Assembly (NCBI GenBank): GCA_000320545.1
Contig: ADNK01001075.1
Coordinates: forward strand, 1-53,964
Source: Bigelowiella natans CCMP2755
Lineage: Eukaryota > Protista > Cercozoa
Reading direction: 5' to 3'
DNA: 53,964 nucleotides
Under the pieces are notes generated by a model that was not told the origin of the DNA, ran no database searches, and saw nothing but the letters and a program-made list of their open reading frames with translations. The position numbers and the translations under genes were made by a program. Positions 1 through 10,924 of this stretch are shown piece by piece (positions within the stretch are counted from its first letter, which is position 1; each line of letters begins with the position of its first letter).

Positions 1-56
1 GGATAATGATTATTTCCTTGGTGGTGTATAGAGGAAGGAGAAAAAATTGCCCTCAC

Positions 57-556
57 GTTTTCCGGCTGTATTGCTCCTTGCTCGTTCCCCTATCCATGCA
101 AAAAGGCCCTTTACCTTCGTAGAAGACCCTCCATTGACCATGTTTCATTTCTTTTCTTGCTCTCTCAACTCCCCCCTCAATTTTTCGGTTTGACCGCGAC
201 GGGGTCCCAAGACGAAGAAATCTGAACGATCCACCAAGATTGCCTTGAATGGAATCTGCACGCATAATAGCGATGGCAGCAGCAATATCAGGTAAAATGG
301 GGATAACGTTCACTTAGTGAGCGGAGGAGGAGGAAAGGGCATGCGTTAATGGCATGCGTTAATCTCATATACCTTGTCCTTGAGCATCGTTTTAATGACT
401 CCCGATGTGTAGTACTCTCCCTTCTGATCCTGGCTCAACTGCATCTCTCCTTTTTCCCATCAGAATGGTTCCAAGAAAAAGTAGCACAGGTGGTACAACA
501 ACAACAACAACCAAGTAGAAGAAGAAGAAGAAGAAGAAGAAGAAGAAGAAGAGGAG

Positions 557-599
<43 letters not shown>

Positions 600-1224
600 T
601 CACCAGCAACCTATAAGTAGGAACATGCTTCATGTGAGGAAAAAGACTAGCGAGTAGTAATATGGGCAGTAGTAATGATAATACCGTGCAACTACCTCGT
701 TTCATGATGGCTTCGATGTATTCTCGCAGCTCAGAGGCATTGCGGAAGCAGTAGCATCCTGTGTTCGCATAGTTGGAAATCTGTCGTAGGAAGGTGGGGC
801 GGGGAGGGGGTGAATGAGGATTAGGAGGAGGAGGGAGAGTAAGAGGAGTAGACTGCTGTGGTCTCCCTCCCAATTTGTTGTTGTTGTTGTTGTTGTGTAT
901 GCATACCATTCGAACATAGGATGTTTGCTACTACACTTATTGCTACTACTATTACCACTGCTACTACTACATAAATTTGATTTGGCGGGGGGGGGGGGGG
1001 GGGAAGTAAGACGGCTCCTCCTCCTTCTCCTATTACTTCTACTACTACTGCTACTACTACTTTCACACCTTCACTTTCTCGATAATCTCAGTGATATTCC
1101 ACGATTTTTCGTCGGTGACCTTGACGTATCTGACGAGGGGGGAATAAATTAAATGGTGGTAGTAGCAGTAGGTACTAGTGAGAGTAGCAGATGGGCACAA
1201 ACCTAGTTACTTTTTCAACAAAGG

Positions 1225-1258
<34 letters not shown>

Positions 1259-2371
1259 CATTATGCAAACATGGGTAAGGGCAAGCTGTTGCGATGATAA
1301 TACACTGACGTCGACCTCATGAACATCATCGTCATCATCACCATCATCACCATCATTGCTACTAGTTAGTGTTGCTACTAACGAGAAGATTGGCTTTTCC
1401 TGCGTATCACGGAACACCACCGATGCGCCGCACCTAAACATGTATTTTGATTTATTTTCTGTCAAATCGGCTGCATAATGACATGTACCCGCCACAACAA
1501 GAACAAATACAACGACCCATCACCATCATGATCATCAGCAACAATAGCAATATGTTGCTAATACATTGCAGATGTATTGTCACATGCGCAAGGACAAAGC
1601 TTTACAGTATAGGATCGTGATTAGCTAAAAGAAAGAAATACTGTACTCTGCGGCAAATTCTCGGAATTTTGAAACGATATTCACCTATTGATTAAAAACG
1701 AACAGTTTCGTAGATATATGAAAGCAGTTCTTCGCACCTCCAACACTGCATCAACACTACACCAAACTGAACGTTTATATCAAGAAACAGCAACCCGGCG
1801 GCCATGCTATTTGACGACAACAAACTCAAAAGCTCGATATCCTCATTATTTGATGTAGTACATGATAGAAGCAATCGCCATCAAGCAACATGCACGGGTT
1901 CTTCAACTCTGTGGAGGACAGCTCTTTCACTCCATATAGCACAGTTTCCGCCGCACCTTTCGTCGGGCCTTCGTGATGATATACGAGTACATTAATCAGT
2001 GTTTTATGCTGATGCTGCTTCTAATGCTACTACTACCACTACTACTACTACTACAATCACGACGAGCGACATTTGGAACCTGGTAGACGAACGAGCTTAA
2101 CGGAAGCAAACTTAGCTTTCAATTTCTCTGCTAGTCGGAGCATATTGTTCTCCATCGTAAGAAACCTGCAATTTTTATCATCGGGGGAGTATGAATGTCT
2201 ATTGGCACAATGAGAAGACAGATACATGCACTGATGTAAGTAGTAGCGGTAGGAGGAGTAGCAGTAGATACCGGGGGTTGTAAATGATGACCAAGCTATC
2301 ACAAGGCTTGACTCCTGAAGAAGCATATCGTATTGTTGCAACTTTACTTCGTATGCCAATTCATAAGGTCT

Positions 2372-2413
<42 letters not shown>

Positions 2414-2857
2414 CTAAGAGTCTCGACAAGCCATTCTACCATTCCCTGACCCAAGACCCGCACGAATGGCTACACATGTAGTGGTGAAAATTTGTAGATT
2501 GACAGTCAAGGATGCGATTTACTTAACCAACTAACTAACTCGTTAAAGTGATGGATAGAATTGGGGGGGGGATCCGACGATGGTGCATTTCATTCGAAGA
2601 TGCTTTCTTGAAATCACGATAATCTTGATTCAGCCAGTTAAATCTCTCGTGGACGCTTCAGCTTGGTGAATTTTATCACCTTTGGTTGCATGAAACCCTC
2701 TTTTTGGAATCTGGAGCCTGCACAGGACGGAAAAAATAGATATAAATGCACGCTGTCTAGCGAATATCCCCTAGGGCTTGTTACTGGATGGAAAACATTA
2801 AGTTATACCGACGCCCCCTAGGGGTATAATGAGGTTCAATGGTGTCTCGCTGCTCAT
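57..2857 (-). CDS. Multi-exon sugar-phosphate nucleotidyltransferase (NTP_transferase, GT-A fold); 3' end runs off the window
   Basis: Hand-spliced exons read MSSETPLNLIIPLGGVG|SRFQKEGFMQPK|PFVRVLGQGMVEWLVETLR|..DSLVIIYNP|..VKLVRLPG|PTKGAAETVLYG..PCMLLDGDCFYH|NIVSKFREFAAE|CGASVVFRDTQEKPIFS|YVKVTDEKSWNITEIIEKVK|ISNYANTGCYCF..|..GEYYTSGVIKTMLKDK|IPFKAILVDRSDFFVLG. These contain the GGxGxRF..PK signature, the DGD motif, EK, and GEYY. ATG at 2857-2855; boundaries are GT-AG. Confidence 0.85.
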
Positions 2858-3239
2858 TTCTTTTCGTTTATCGATGAAGCTCCTAGAAAGTACACGTTGT
2901 GCCACAGATTAAGTACGGAGCGATAAAATTTTGCCACAAAGAGAATAGTTGCTAACGCCACAGCAAAGATCCACATTCCCACAGTATTGACAGACAGGTA
3001 GGGGAGGGAACAGACAACCTCGGTCTTCCTCGTCAGCTACGCTGGTGCTGGCCGTCTGCTCGTGGATTCTTAGAGCAGTCAATCAATAGTCTGGCAGATA
3101 TCCTCGAAAGTAGAATTCCTGCGACTACATCTTTTCCTTGTCGCAGGAATCAAACCCCACATATCTACGCAATCCAATCCACAAACGAACACATGAGCAC
3201 AGCGGGCAGCAAAAATATGTCCTGAACGACCTAAAATTG

Positions 3240-4085
3240 AGCAAAAATGCAATGGTTCTGTCTACGTGCGACAACTAATTTCGACAAATAGCAACGAAAG
3301 TTAGATCGTGTTGTGAGAGATTTCTTGGAGACTCTCCAATACAAACGCTCCCAACGGTAAGGAGAACTTTCCTCCACCCTTTTTTCCACCTCCACAGAGA
3401 AGGTGTTCTAGACACAGAAAGAAAATTCAAAAAATACCATGGAAAGAAGGATTTATAGTTTTGAAGAATAGTCTTGCCCTTTGGAAATGATCCAGGGCAT
3501 CAGAAAATGTCTAACACCTTAACATTTCATCAGATATCGAAGCATGGATCAAATTCGTGATCCAAAATTTCTGGCTAGAAATGGCCATCTAACGGTGGAA
3601 CAGTGGCTCAAGAATCATTGTGAAAAGAAGGTAATTTTTGTTGTAAGAAACCAGAGGACAAGAGTTGATGACTCCACTTTCGTATTTATGACGATTCATA
3701 ATTCAAAATACGTGTACGTGGACAAGTTTTTACAAAGTTGATGGAACACAAAGAGCTCTATTAGTCATTGATTGTAAAATCGATGTTTGAAGATTTGATC
3801 ATGGACTTTTTTTAAGAATCATGTTGAAACTAGAGCTCTCATTTTAATAACATCACGTATGAATTAGATTGAAGAACTTGTGAAGCAATCAACGTCTCTA
3901 GAAGACCGATTTAAGGGGAAAGCTGGGGCTACCATCAAGAATTTAGTAAAGCGGAGCCAGATGGATACAGAGAGTTAAGCCAAAATGCTGGTAAATGCAG
4001 GTTTATATGAGATTACTGCCGGGAGGGTATTACATTTGAACGGAAACTGGGAAGAAAAACATTCTTTGTCTGGTATCGGATAGCA
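3240..4085 (+). pseudogene. Decayed, intronless, A-rich coding-like remnant of unknown origin
   Basis: Microsatellite-free A-rich stretch with protein-like fragments (MDQIRDPKFLARNGHLTVEQWLKNHCEKK..; EELVKQSTSLEDRFKGKAGATIKNLVKRS..) broken by stops and frameshifts. No family recognised. Confidence 0.3.
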
Positions 4086-4279
4086 TGCTTTCTGGCATCA
4101 GTACATGGAAAGTGTGTTTCCTACGGCAGATTTCACGATACTACTATTAATAGTTACGTACAATTCATAGGATTAAATGAGTGATAATTCCATGCATATG
4201 AAGCTATTGTATTACAAAAAAAAATTAATTATAAATGAATTGACGTGACTACACGCTATTAGTATGCATGGAACATACA

Positions 4280-4320
<41 letters not shown>

Positions 4321-4570
4321 ATGTGGGGTTAGTACTAGATAGGCAGTAACCTGATCTGCTATATAGCGGCAGGCTGCAATGCAATGTATGTCTATAGTGC
4401 GTCATATAGTGAGAGCGAGGCATGCCGACATCGTATCTACTAGTCTACTGCTGGCGGAAGCTATATAATGTGTACGTAAGCAAAATGTAGGTTGAGATTG
4501 GCAATTGGTGTAATCTAGTAATGAGCGCAGCGCTTGCTAAGCATGTCTAGATCCAGAGAAGTGCATTAAA

Positions 4571-5300
4571 ATGAGTTGGCTGCTTGATATTATTCTAGTT
4601 ATTATAGATCTAGGCGCTATAAATGCTGACGCGCAAGCCGCAACGCAGCATTTAATCCGCGTATTAAAATATTTTGCACAGCAAAAATGTGGAGATAATT
4701 TAAATCCAGACATAGCAATAGTTATCATTGAATATCTAGATTTTAATCTGATAATTCAAATGAATTCCAAACAATGAAGAGCTTTACAGCGCTAGATCGG
4801 AAGTCGCTGTGATTCAGCAGCCATGTCTATGCGTCGAGCTAGTCTGGCTGATAGTTACTATGGAGCACAGCAATGCTTATGGCACCATGGAAGAATACAT
4901 TAGCGCTGAGCGAGTAGCAGTTGAAGCCAGTAGAAAAACAACACGTTGTCGCACCGTGCTGAAAATCGAAAATATTTGAATGTAATAAATAAAATGGTGT
5001 ATGCCGTACAGCACAAGAGTGCCCAGATTCGAAATGGTTTTTCACTTAGAAAACAAATTCACGAATTCACGGATGTTAATGTCGCGGGTGCAGTGCTGGC
5101 CTATCACCCATTGTTGCTTGAGATCGAAGCAGACAGTTACAGCAATCGGCAAGATGTCGGAGAGTAAACTCTCATTGATGAAATATGATAAACCATTATT
5201 ATTATACACGAGGCTCGGCTGGGAAAAATGTGTTAAAGACTTACGAGCGTTACGAGGTAGTCCGATCGATGTTCGGTGGCTCTGAACAATATCGAATTGC
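4571..5300 (+). pseudogene. Decayed intronless ORF remnant
   Basis: Consecutive protein-like fragments (..LNPDIAIVIIEYLDFN.., ..KYLNVINKMVYAVQHK..LAYHPLLLEIEAD..) separated by stops; no introns or microsatellites. Confidence 0.3.
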
Positions 5301-5625
5301 TTCCATTTTAAGAACTACGACAAGGGGGAAATGAACAATCCCTTTGAAAATAGGAGCTCGTAACGGGATAGGTAAATAACCTCGGCAGATGGTCGTCGGG
5401 GATTTATCCTCTGCGACATAGATCTTCTGATGTCGTAGAGTTGTTCGGGTCCAACAAGATATTCTCTCGCTTCATCGTCACTGAATCTGTGCTCCAAGTG
5501 AATGTATGAACGAATGACGTGAGGGGGGAGGTCCAATGGAAACACCTCTACCCTCAATATTTCATTACCTAGTCTTTCCAGTATTTTTAGCTTTAACTTG
5601 GAACCTCTCACTGTATCATCAGAGA

Positions 5626-7782
5626 ATGAGCGCGGATACCAAGAATAGCACCTCGCAGACTTCCAGCAATGTTCGCGGCCTGAAGGACACATTCGGGAAA
5701 TGGGCCCAGGCCGACCCTATCTTGCTAAGCGACGAGCAGATGCAAAAATTCATTGTGGAAGGCTACGTCCAGGTGAACACGGGGCTCTCAAAGGAAGAGC
5801 TAGAGCACCTCTACGAGAGGATGTCGACCCTCCTTTATGACCCTGAGCAATCACCGTCGAAGGGCGACAATCCGAACGACAACGTCTTGACGATGCTCCC
5901 CGAATTTCGTCGTGTAACGGAAGCACCAGCCTTTCGCGGTGCTCTAACATCGATTTTGGGGCCGGGATACGTCGAGCACGCGCATAAACGAATACACGAC
6001 TTGCAGCCTAAGCACATGGGCGGTGCACAAGCGCCCCAGGCCTGGCACAAGGACCAGCTAACCCCTACTGCGATGCCTCCACACCACCATCCTCACTGGG
6101 TTATGGTCCTCTTCTATTGTCAAGACACTCCGAAAATAATGGGGCCTACAGACATTATGCCGGGCACTCAGTATGATCCCCTTACGGAGTATATGTCGGA
6201 TGACTCTCGCAATCTTCGTCTCCAGGCAGCGGGCAAGGCGGGAACCATTACCATTGTGCATTTCGACATCGTCCACCGAGGCCCTATCAATCTCCACAAG
6301 TCGACGACAAGATTTATGATTAAGCTAAATTATCGCCGCACGGCGTCTCCAGTAGCGACCGGGCCTTCATGGAACATAAAGAGCGCTGTGTTTCAAGTAC
6401 CGAAGACTTTGCCTTTCTGCAATGCTCTCCCTCTCTGGGTCAACACGTGGGAGTGGCTCCAAGGGAAGAACGGGTTTGCAAGCCTTGAATCGGCCATGAA
6501 GGAGTACAAAGGAAGCACCCCTCCTGACGACATCAGCGAGTTGGTCGAAGCTCTAGATAGATCCCATGAAGAGACGAAGACTGGAAGTGACACGCCAAAC
6601 TCCTATGCCTACTGGCTTGCAGCCAATTTCGGGCAAAAGGGTATTCAGGCCTTGCTCGAGGCTCTGCAAAATTCGCAACCACATCCAAGATGGCATTTCA
6701 ACGATATTTACACGCAGCTGCACCCTACAGCTTATGCGCTGGGCGCAAATGGGGGGGAAGAGGCAGTCACCATAATTCTCAAAGCCTTGCGAGAAGAGAT
6801 AAAGTTTGTAAAAGAGCAGAAGATGCATGAAGATAAAACAGGGCAGCGCTACACAGGATCATTCTTCGTCATGGAGCCCGAGGATGGCGACGACGAAAGT
6901 AGTAGCGTGCGCATTCGTGAGGTCGGAACGAGCCGATATATGGACATAGAAATGGCAGAGGAAAAGCCGGATTGGGAAGGATGCCGAGGTTTCCTCTACC
7001 TTACGAATCGCTCTAAAGGCTGTCTGTTTGAGATGCCAGATGCGGACGATATGGACGCGCATGGCAACCCTGTCTTCTTCATAAAAGATGGCGAGGCCGC
7101 TGCTCACCTTGATGGACTTGGGGACCAGCGCATACGTCTTTTAGACGGATTCGACGACGAGTACACCAAATTCGCTCGTGTTGACACACAAGAGAACGGA
7201 TCCTTCCGGTTGCGGTGCTTTGGTAGCGGCCATTGTTTGGAAGCAAGCAGTCAATCGGGGGACCACGTACCGGTGAAAGGCGCACCCTATGAAATGAGTG
7301 AATGGCGAAGGACGAATATCGCCTTCGCCCTCGGTGAGTTGGGCGCAGATGCGGCTGCAGCGCTACCAGACCTCCTCACTCTCGCAAGAATGGAGTCGCT
7401 GAGAGATACGATGTTCGAGTCACAGCGAAAGGCAATGAGAGTACTTGTCGAGGCAATAGGGGACATCGCCTCTTCCACGGCGCACAAGAATGGGAGAAAA
7501 GAGCAACATGGCCGTAAGATTCTCTCTGAGGCAGCTAATGTACTTGGAGAGGTGTTTTTGCGCACACCTGATGACGAGCTAGCAATTCGCATAAGTGCCA
7601 TAGTTGCTCTACTCAAGATGGGCACTTTCGCCGCACCAGTGGAGTCTGTGCTGATCAAAGCACTTACTGACGACTTTGTAATGGTGCAATGGTATGCCGC
7701 ACAAGCTTTGGTTCGAATTGGAACTCCTACAGCTCTCCGTGCTGCCGTTCACATGATGATTGGAAGGTGGGCACAAGTTTGA
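5626..7782 (+). CDS. Intronless phytanoyl-CoA dioxygenase (PhyH)-family 2OG-Fe(II) oxygenase fused to HEAT/PBS-lyase-like repeats, with an internal beta-rich (beta-trefoil-like) insertion
   Basis: Uninterrupted ORF of 748 codons from 5536; the likely start is MSADTK at 5626. PhyH hallmarks: LLSDEQMQKFIVEGY, WHKD (HxD at 6046-6054), GPTDIMPGT, GTITIVHFDIVHRG (distal His 6274-6276), TRFMIK. HEAT-like units: AYALGANGGEEAV, IAFALGELGADAAAALPDL, AIVALLKMG, LIKALTDDFVMVQWYAAQALVRIGTP. Confidence 0.85.
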   Translation: MSADTKNSTSQTSSNVRGLKDTFGKWAQADPILLSDEQMQKFIVEGYVQVNTGLSKEELEHLYERMSTLLYDPEQSPSKGDNPNDNVLTMLPEFRRVTEAPAFRGALTSILGPGYVEHAHKRIHDLQPKHMGGAQAPQAWHKDQLTPTAMPPHHHPHWVMVLFYCQDTPKIMGPTDIMPGTQYDPLTEYMSDDSRNLRLQAAGKAGTITIVHFDIVHRGPINLHKSTTRFMIKLNYRRTASPVATGPSWNIKSAVFQVPKTLPFCNALPLWVNTWEWLQGKNGFASLESAMKEYKGSTPPDDISELVEALDRSHEETKTGSDTPNSYAYWLAANFGQKGIQALLEALQNSQPHPRWHFNDIYTQLHPTAYALGANGGEEAVTIILKALREEIKFVKEQKMHEDKTGQRYTGSFFVMEPEDGDDESSSVRIREVGTSRYMDIEMAEEKPDWEGCRGFLYLTNRSKGCLFEMPDADDMDAHGNPVFFIKDGEAAAHLDGLGDQRIRLLDGFDDEYTKFARVDTQENGSFRLRCFGSGHCLEASSQSGDHVPVKGAPYEMSEWRRTNIAFALGELGADAAAALPDLLTLARMESLRDTMFESQRKAMRVLVEAIGDIASSTAHKNGRKEQHGRKILSEAANVLGEVFLRTPDDELAIRISAIVALLKMGTFAAPVESVLIKALTDDFVMVQWYAAQALVRIGTPTALRAAVHMMIGRWAQV

Positions 7783-8559
7783 TCGAGTCGATGACGAAAA
7801 TCATTTCAATGATGAATAGCGTTGTGTACATACTCGATTTATTCTTCTTGAAGTTGCAATCGATTTGCATGCATTTACTGTTAGCAATTCAGGCATCAGG
7901 CAGCCCTGCGGGCCTGCATGCAGTCGCGTTGCATGCATGTCAATCGCATTCTGATCCTCTACAATTAGACAATGAAGCCACCTGGCGGATGTCTACATGC
8001 TCGACCGCAAGCGCTCGGTTTGCCGGTCTATCGCTGCCGAAGTTATAACATTGCGGTGTCAGTTGTGGTCATCATGCGTACAGGCAGCATTCTTATTTCG
8101 TGGCTCGTACGTGGCATCATCGCATCCAAGCTCGATCAGTTACATTCACGTACGCTGCTAGTTTCATCACGTATCGAGCCATGTATTGCTGCCGCTACTG
8201 CAGCGTATAAAGCGCAAAAACAAAACAGCGGCTATTGCTTAGCCGTAGTTCGCAGTAGTACATGTTACATCGTTTTCTATGCATCATGGGCTACGATGAT
8301 TAAAAAGGATGAACATTGATCAGATTTGAATGAATCATTACATGCGACTCATACTGAGCGATGCGCAACAAATAAATGCAGCATAGTACACATACAATGC
8401 AAAGAATTGACTATGTGTACAAAGCTGCTTCAAGACAAGCAATCTGGCTTTAATTTTATCATCGCATACGTATGGCATCGGGAACATCGCATCGCTACTG
8501 CGCCCATGTGCTATGTGAATTCACGCATATTATAGTGTATTGTGCACATCTGGAGCACG

Positions 8560-9481
8560 TTATGTGAGTCGTGAAGCCATGAGCCATTCTCTGAACTCTT
8601 TTCTAAAGCTTTTTCCGTCGTAGAACACCTTTGTCCCATCTCCATTCTTTGTGTGATAATTCAAGCAATCCTCTTTTAGCGATTCAGACCATGACAGCAA
8701 CGGAACAAGAATGTGAGGATTCGGATGCTTTGTAGTTCCCAGAACCTATTAAAAAGACAAACGTGTAGCATTATGGACGCATACTAATTCTGTTTTCGTT
8801 TTTTCGCGATCTCTACTTGTGAGGAATTAGAAGTGGGCCTACATTTAACATGCACATCGTCTTTTGGTATCTGAATTTCCGCGGCCCTGCGTTTTTTCCG
8901 AAACCAGGAGCACTAAATTTCTTGACGTCTCCATCCTCCAGGAACTCCTTGCGATTCTTTGCAAATCCTCCAACTCCCCATTCTGGGTTTCCGGGGAAGT
9001 AGAACTTGCCTTGCTCGTCACCCCACAAATTTTGCTGATCAAGATACTCCACACACGATGTCTTCCAGAACGAATCGTACCTGCGACGACGTTATGGGAA
9101 TATATATATATATATATATATATATATTACAATGGAGAAGATGCGTACGTGAGTTCATGCGTACGTGAGTTCATACGTGCGCGTGTTTGCGTGCATTTGG
9201 AGATTCGAGAATGCAATGGGTGAAGTTTTAGAGCTGGGATAAGAAGCAAATGCTATCGTGGAAGAAGAAAATGATATATTACGCGTTCTGGCGGTTATCG
9301 TCGGAGTCCAGTGCTTTCCAACTTTCCTTCCAATCTGTCGTGCCGATGTTCTCTACGCCAACTCTCTTCACACAATCTTCTTCAAACCGAAGCCATTGTA
9401 CGAGATGCTGCACCTAAGCGCAAGCGTGCATCGTCGAGAGTACATGAGTTAATTGAGAAAACGCGACCCGAAACTATCTCA

Positions 9482-9513
<32 letters not shown>

Positions 9514-10882
9514 ATCATCATCATCATTACATCTTTCGACATGCACCTTTCCGAAGCGATTTAGGAATTGCTGTTGATTCTCTTTGCCATCATGGAAGCG
9601 CCAATGATGCCCCGCCATGTGCATTGACGTTGAGGCCATCTTAATGCACTTATCAGGGGAATTGATCTGGGCATATGAGATAACTGCAATGAGTAGCTGT
9701 AGATCGAAGATAGTGCACACTCGTTTCAAAATAGCATTCTCATCATGCTAAAGCATTAGATGTTCTGATAGCCTGGGTGTTAAGAAATCGAGCAGTCACC
9801 TGAGCAAGCTTGCACTCTTTCTGGATCTCCTTGTATACCTTTAGGTCTTCCCCATTGTTGGAAAGGCCCAGGGGATGTGCTCCAGTCCTGGGAACCTTTG
9901 TAGTTTTGTTTACTGCACGTCATATTCCGACGACCCCATCGATGTGATTCACATGCAATAATAAATAAATAAATAAATATATATATATATATATATATGA
10001 TAACAATAATGACTTTTTAAACCTTGCCGGGGAGCTTCTTTAGTGAATACTTATGGGCACTTGTAGGAGAGACATTTAGCTGTATCATTCTAATCACAAG
10101 CGCCTCATCCCCTTTCTTGACATTGACAAGGAGGTAAGGTTTGAAAGCCATACACTTGGGATCGATTACGACGACTTCTTGTTCCCCTTGCAATTTCTGT
10201 TTCAGATGCTCCGGCCAGGTGCCGACGTCACGAGCACGCGGTTTGAGTTCTTTTTTATTTTTATTTTGGCTCTGGACGGTAGTGTTTCTCGAGCATCCGC
10301 TTCTGCTCCAGATTCTAGTTCTGCTTCTTGTTCGGTCTCTGTCTCTAACAATCTCCTCCCCTTCATCGAAACTGGAGGGGGCACACTCTCCATAGTTCTC
10401 CCACTCGGGGTACCTTTCATTGGTGCAGGAAGTTCATTACACACGTGCCATACACCTCGCTTGGTATGCGTGTTGCGTTCATGTTGCGTGCGTGTGTGCA
10501 TCGAGACGATCTCTCTATTCTCAGCTGCATTGAGCCGTACTTTGGTTCTCGATCTGCTCCCAGAGCCGTGTCAACAAACACGCGTTTGCCGACCCCCTGA
10601 GAAGTGAGCCAGTACGCGTGGCACACAGCGCCAACCTCATAGAGAGTACCCTGTGCGAATAAAAAGAGAAAGAGAATGCAAGAAATGATGCAAGCGTTCC
10701 AGAATCAGAGCAAAAATCCTCTGTATCGATATGCTACTACCTCTGGCATAAGGGCTTCTTCCTCCGACGGTGCAGTCGAGACAACCCCCAAGACTGCAGC
10801 CATCTCAGCTCCTTCAATCTGGAGCAGGTGGCCTTTCATCATTGCCCAAGGAAAACTTGCGGTCTATCAATCAATCACACAC

Positions 10883-10924
<42 letters not shown>

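Noticed and set aside
338-363. Small tandem duplications (13 bp here; 16 bp at ~9142-9173)
   Set aside because: Intronic slippage products with no evident functional consequence.
349-1152. ORFs with poly-R/L/V/YI/HT runs here and throughout the window
   Set aside because: They are translations of intronic microsatellites, not proteins.
5315-5692. 125-aa minus-strand ORF overlapping the start of the PhyH gene
   Set aside because: No recognisable motif; it partly overlaps the real gene antisense. It cannot be supported, though a short divergent gene is not excluded.
9940-10025. Apparent non-canonical acceptor (..TTGCAT|GT) in the toxin gene
   Set aside because: A canonical phase-2 pair (CATAA|GTATTC ~10050 with GTGCAG|T ~9913) restores the frame.
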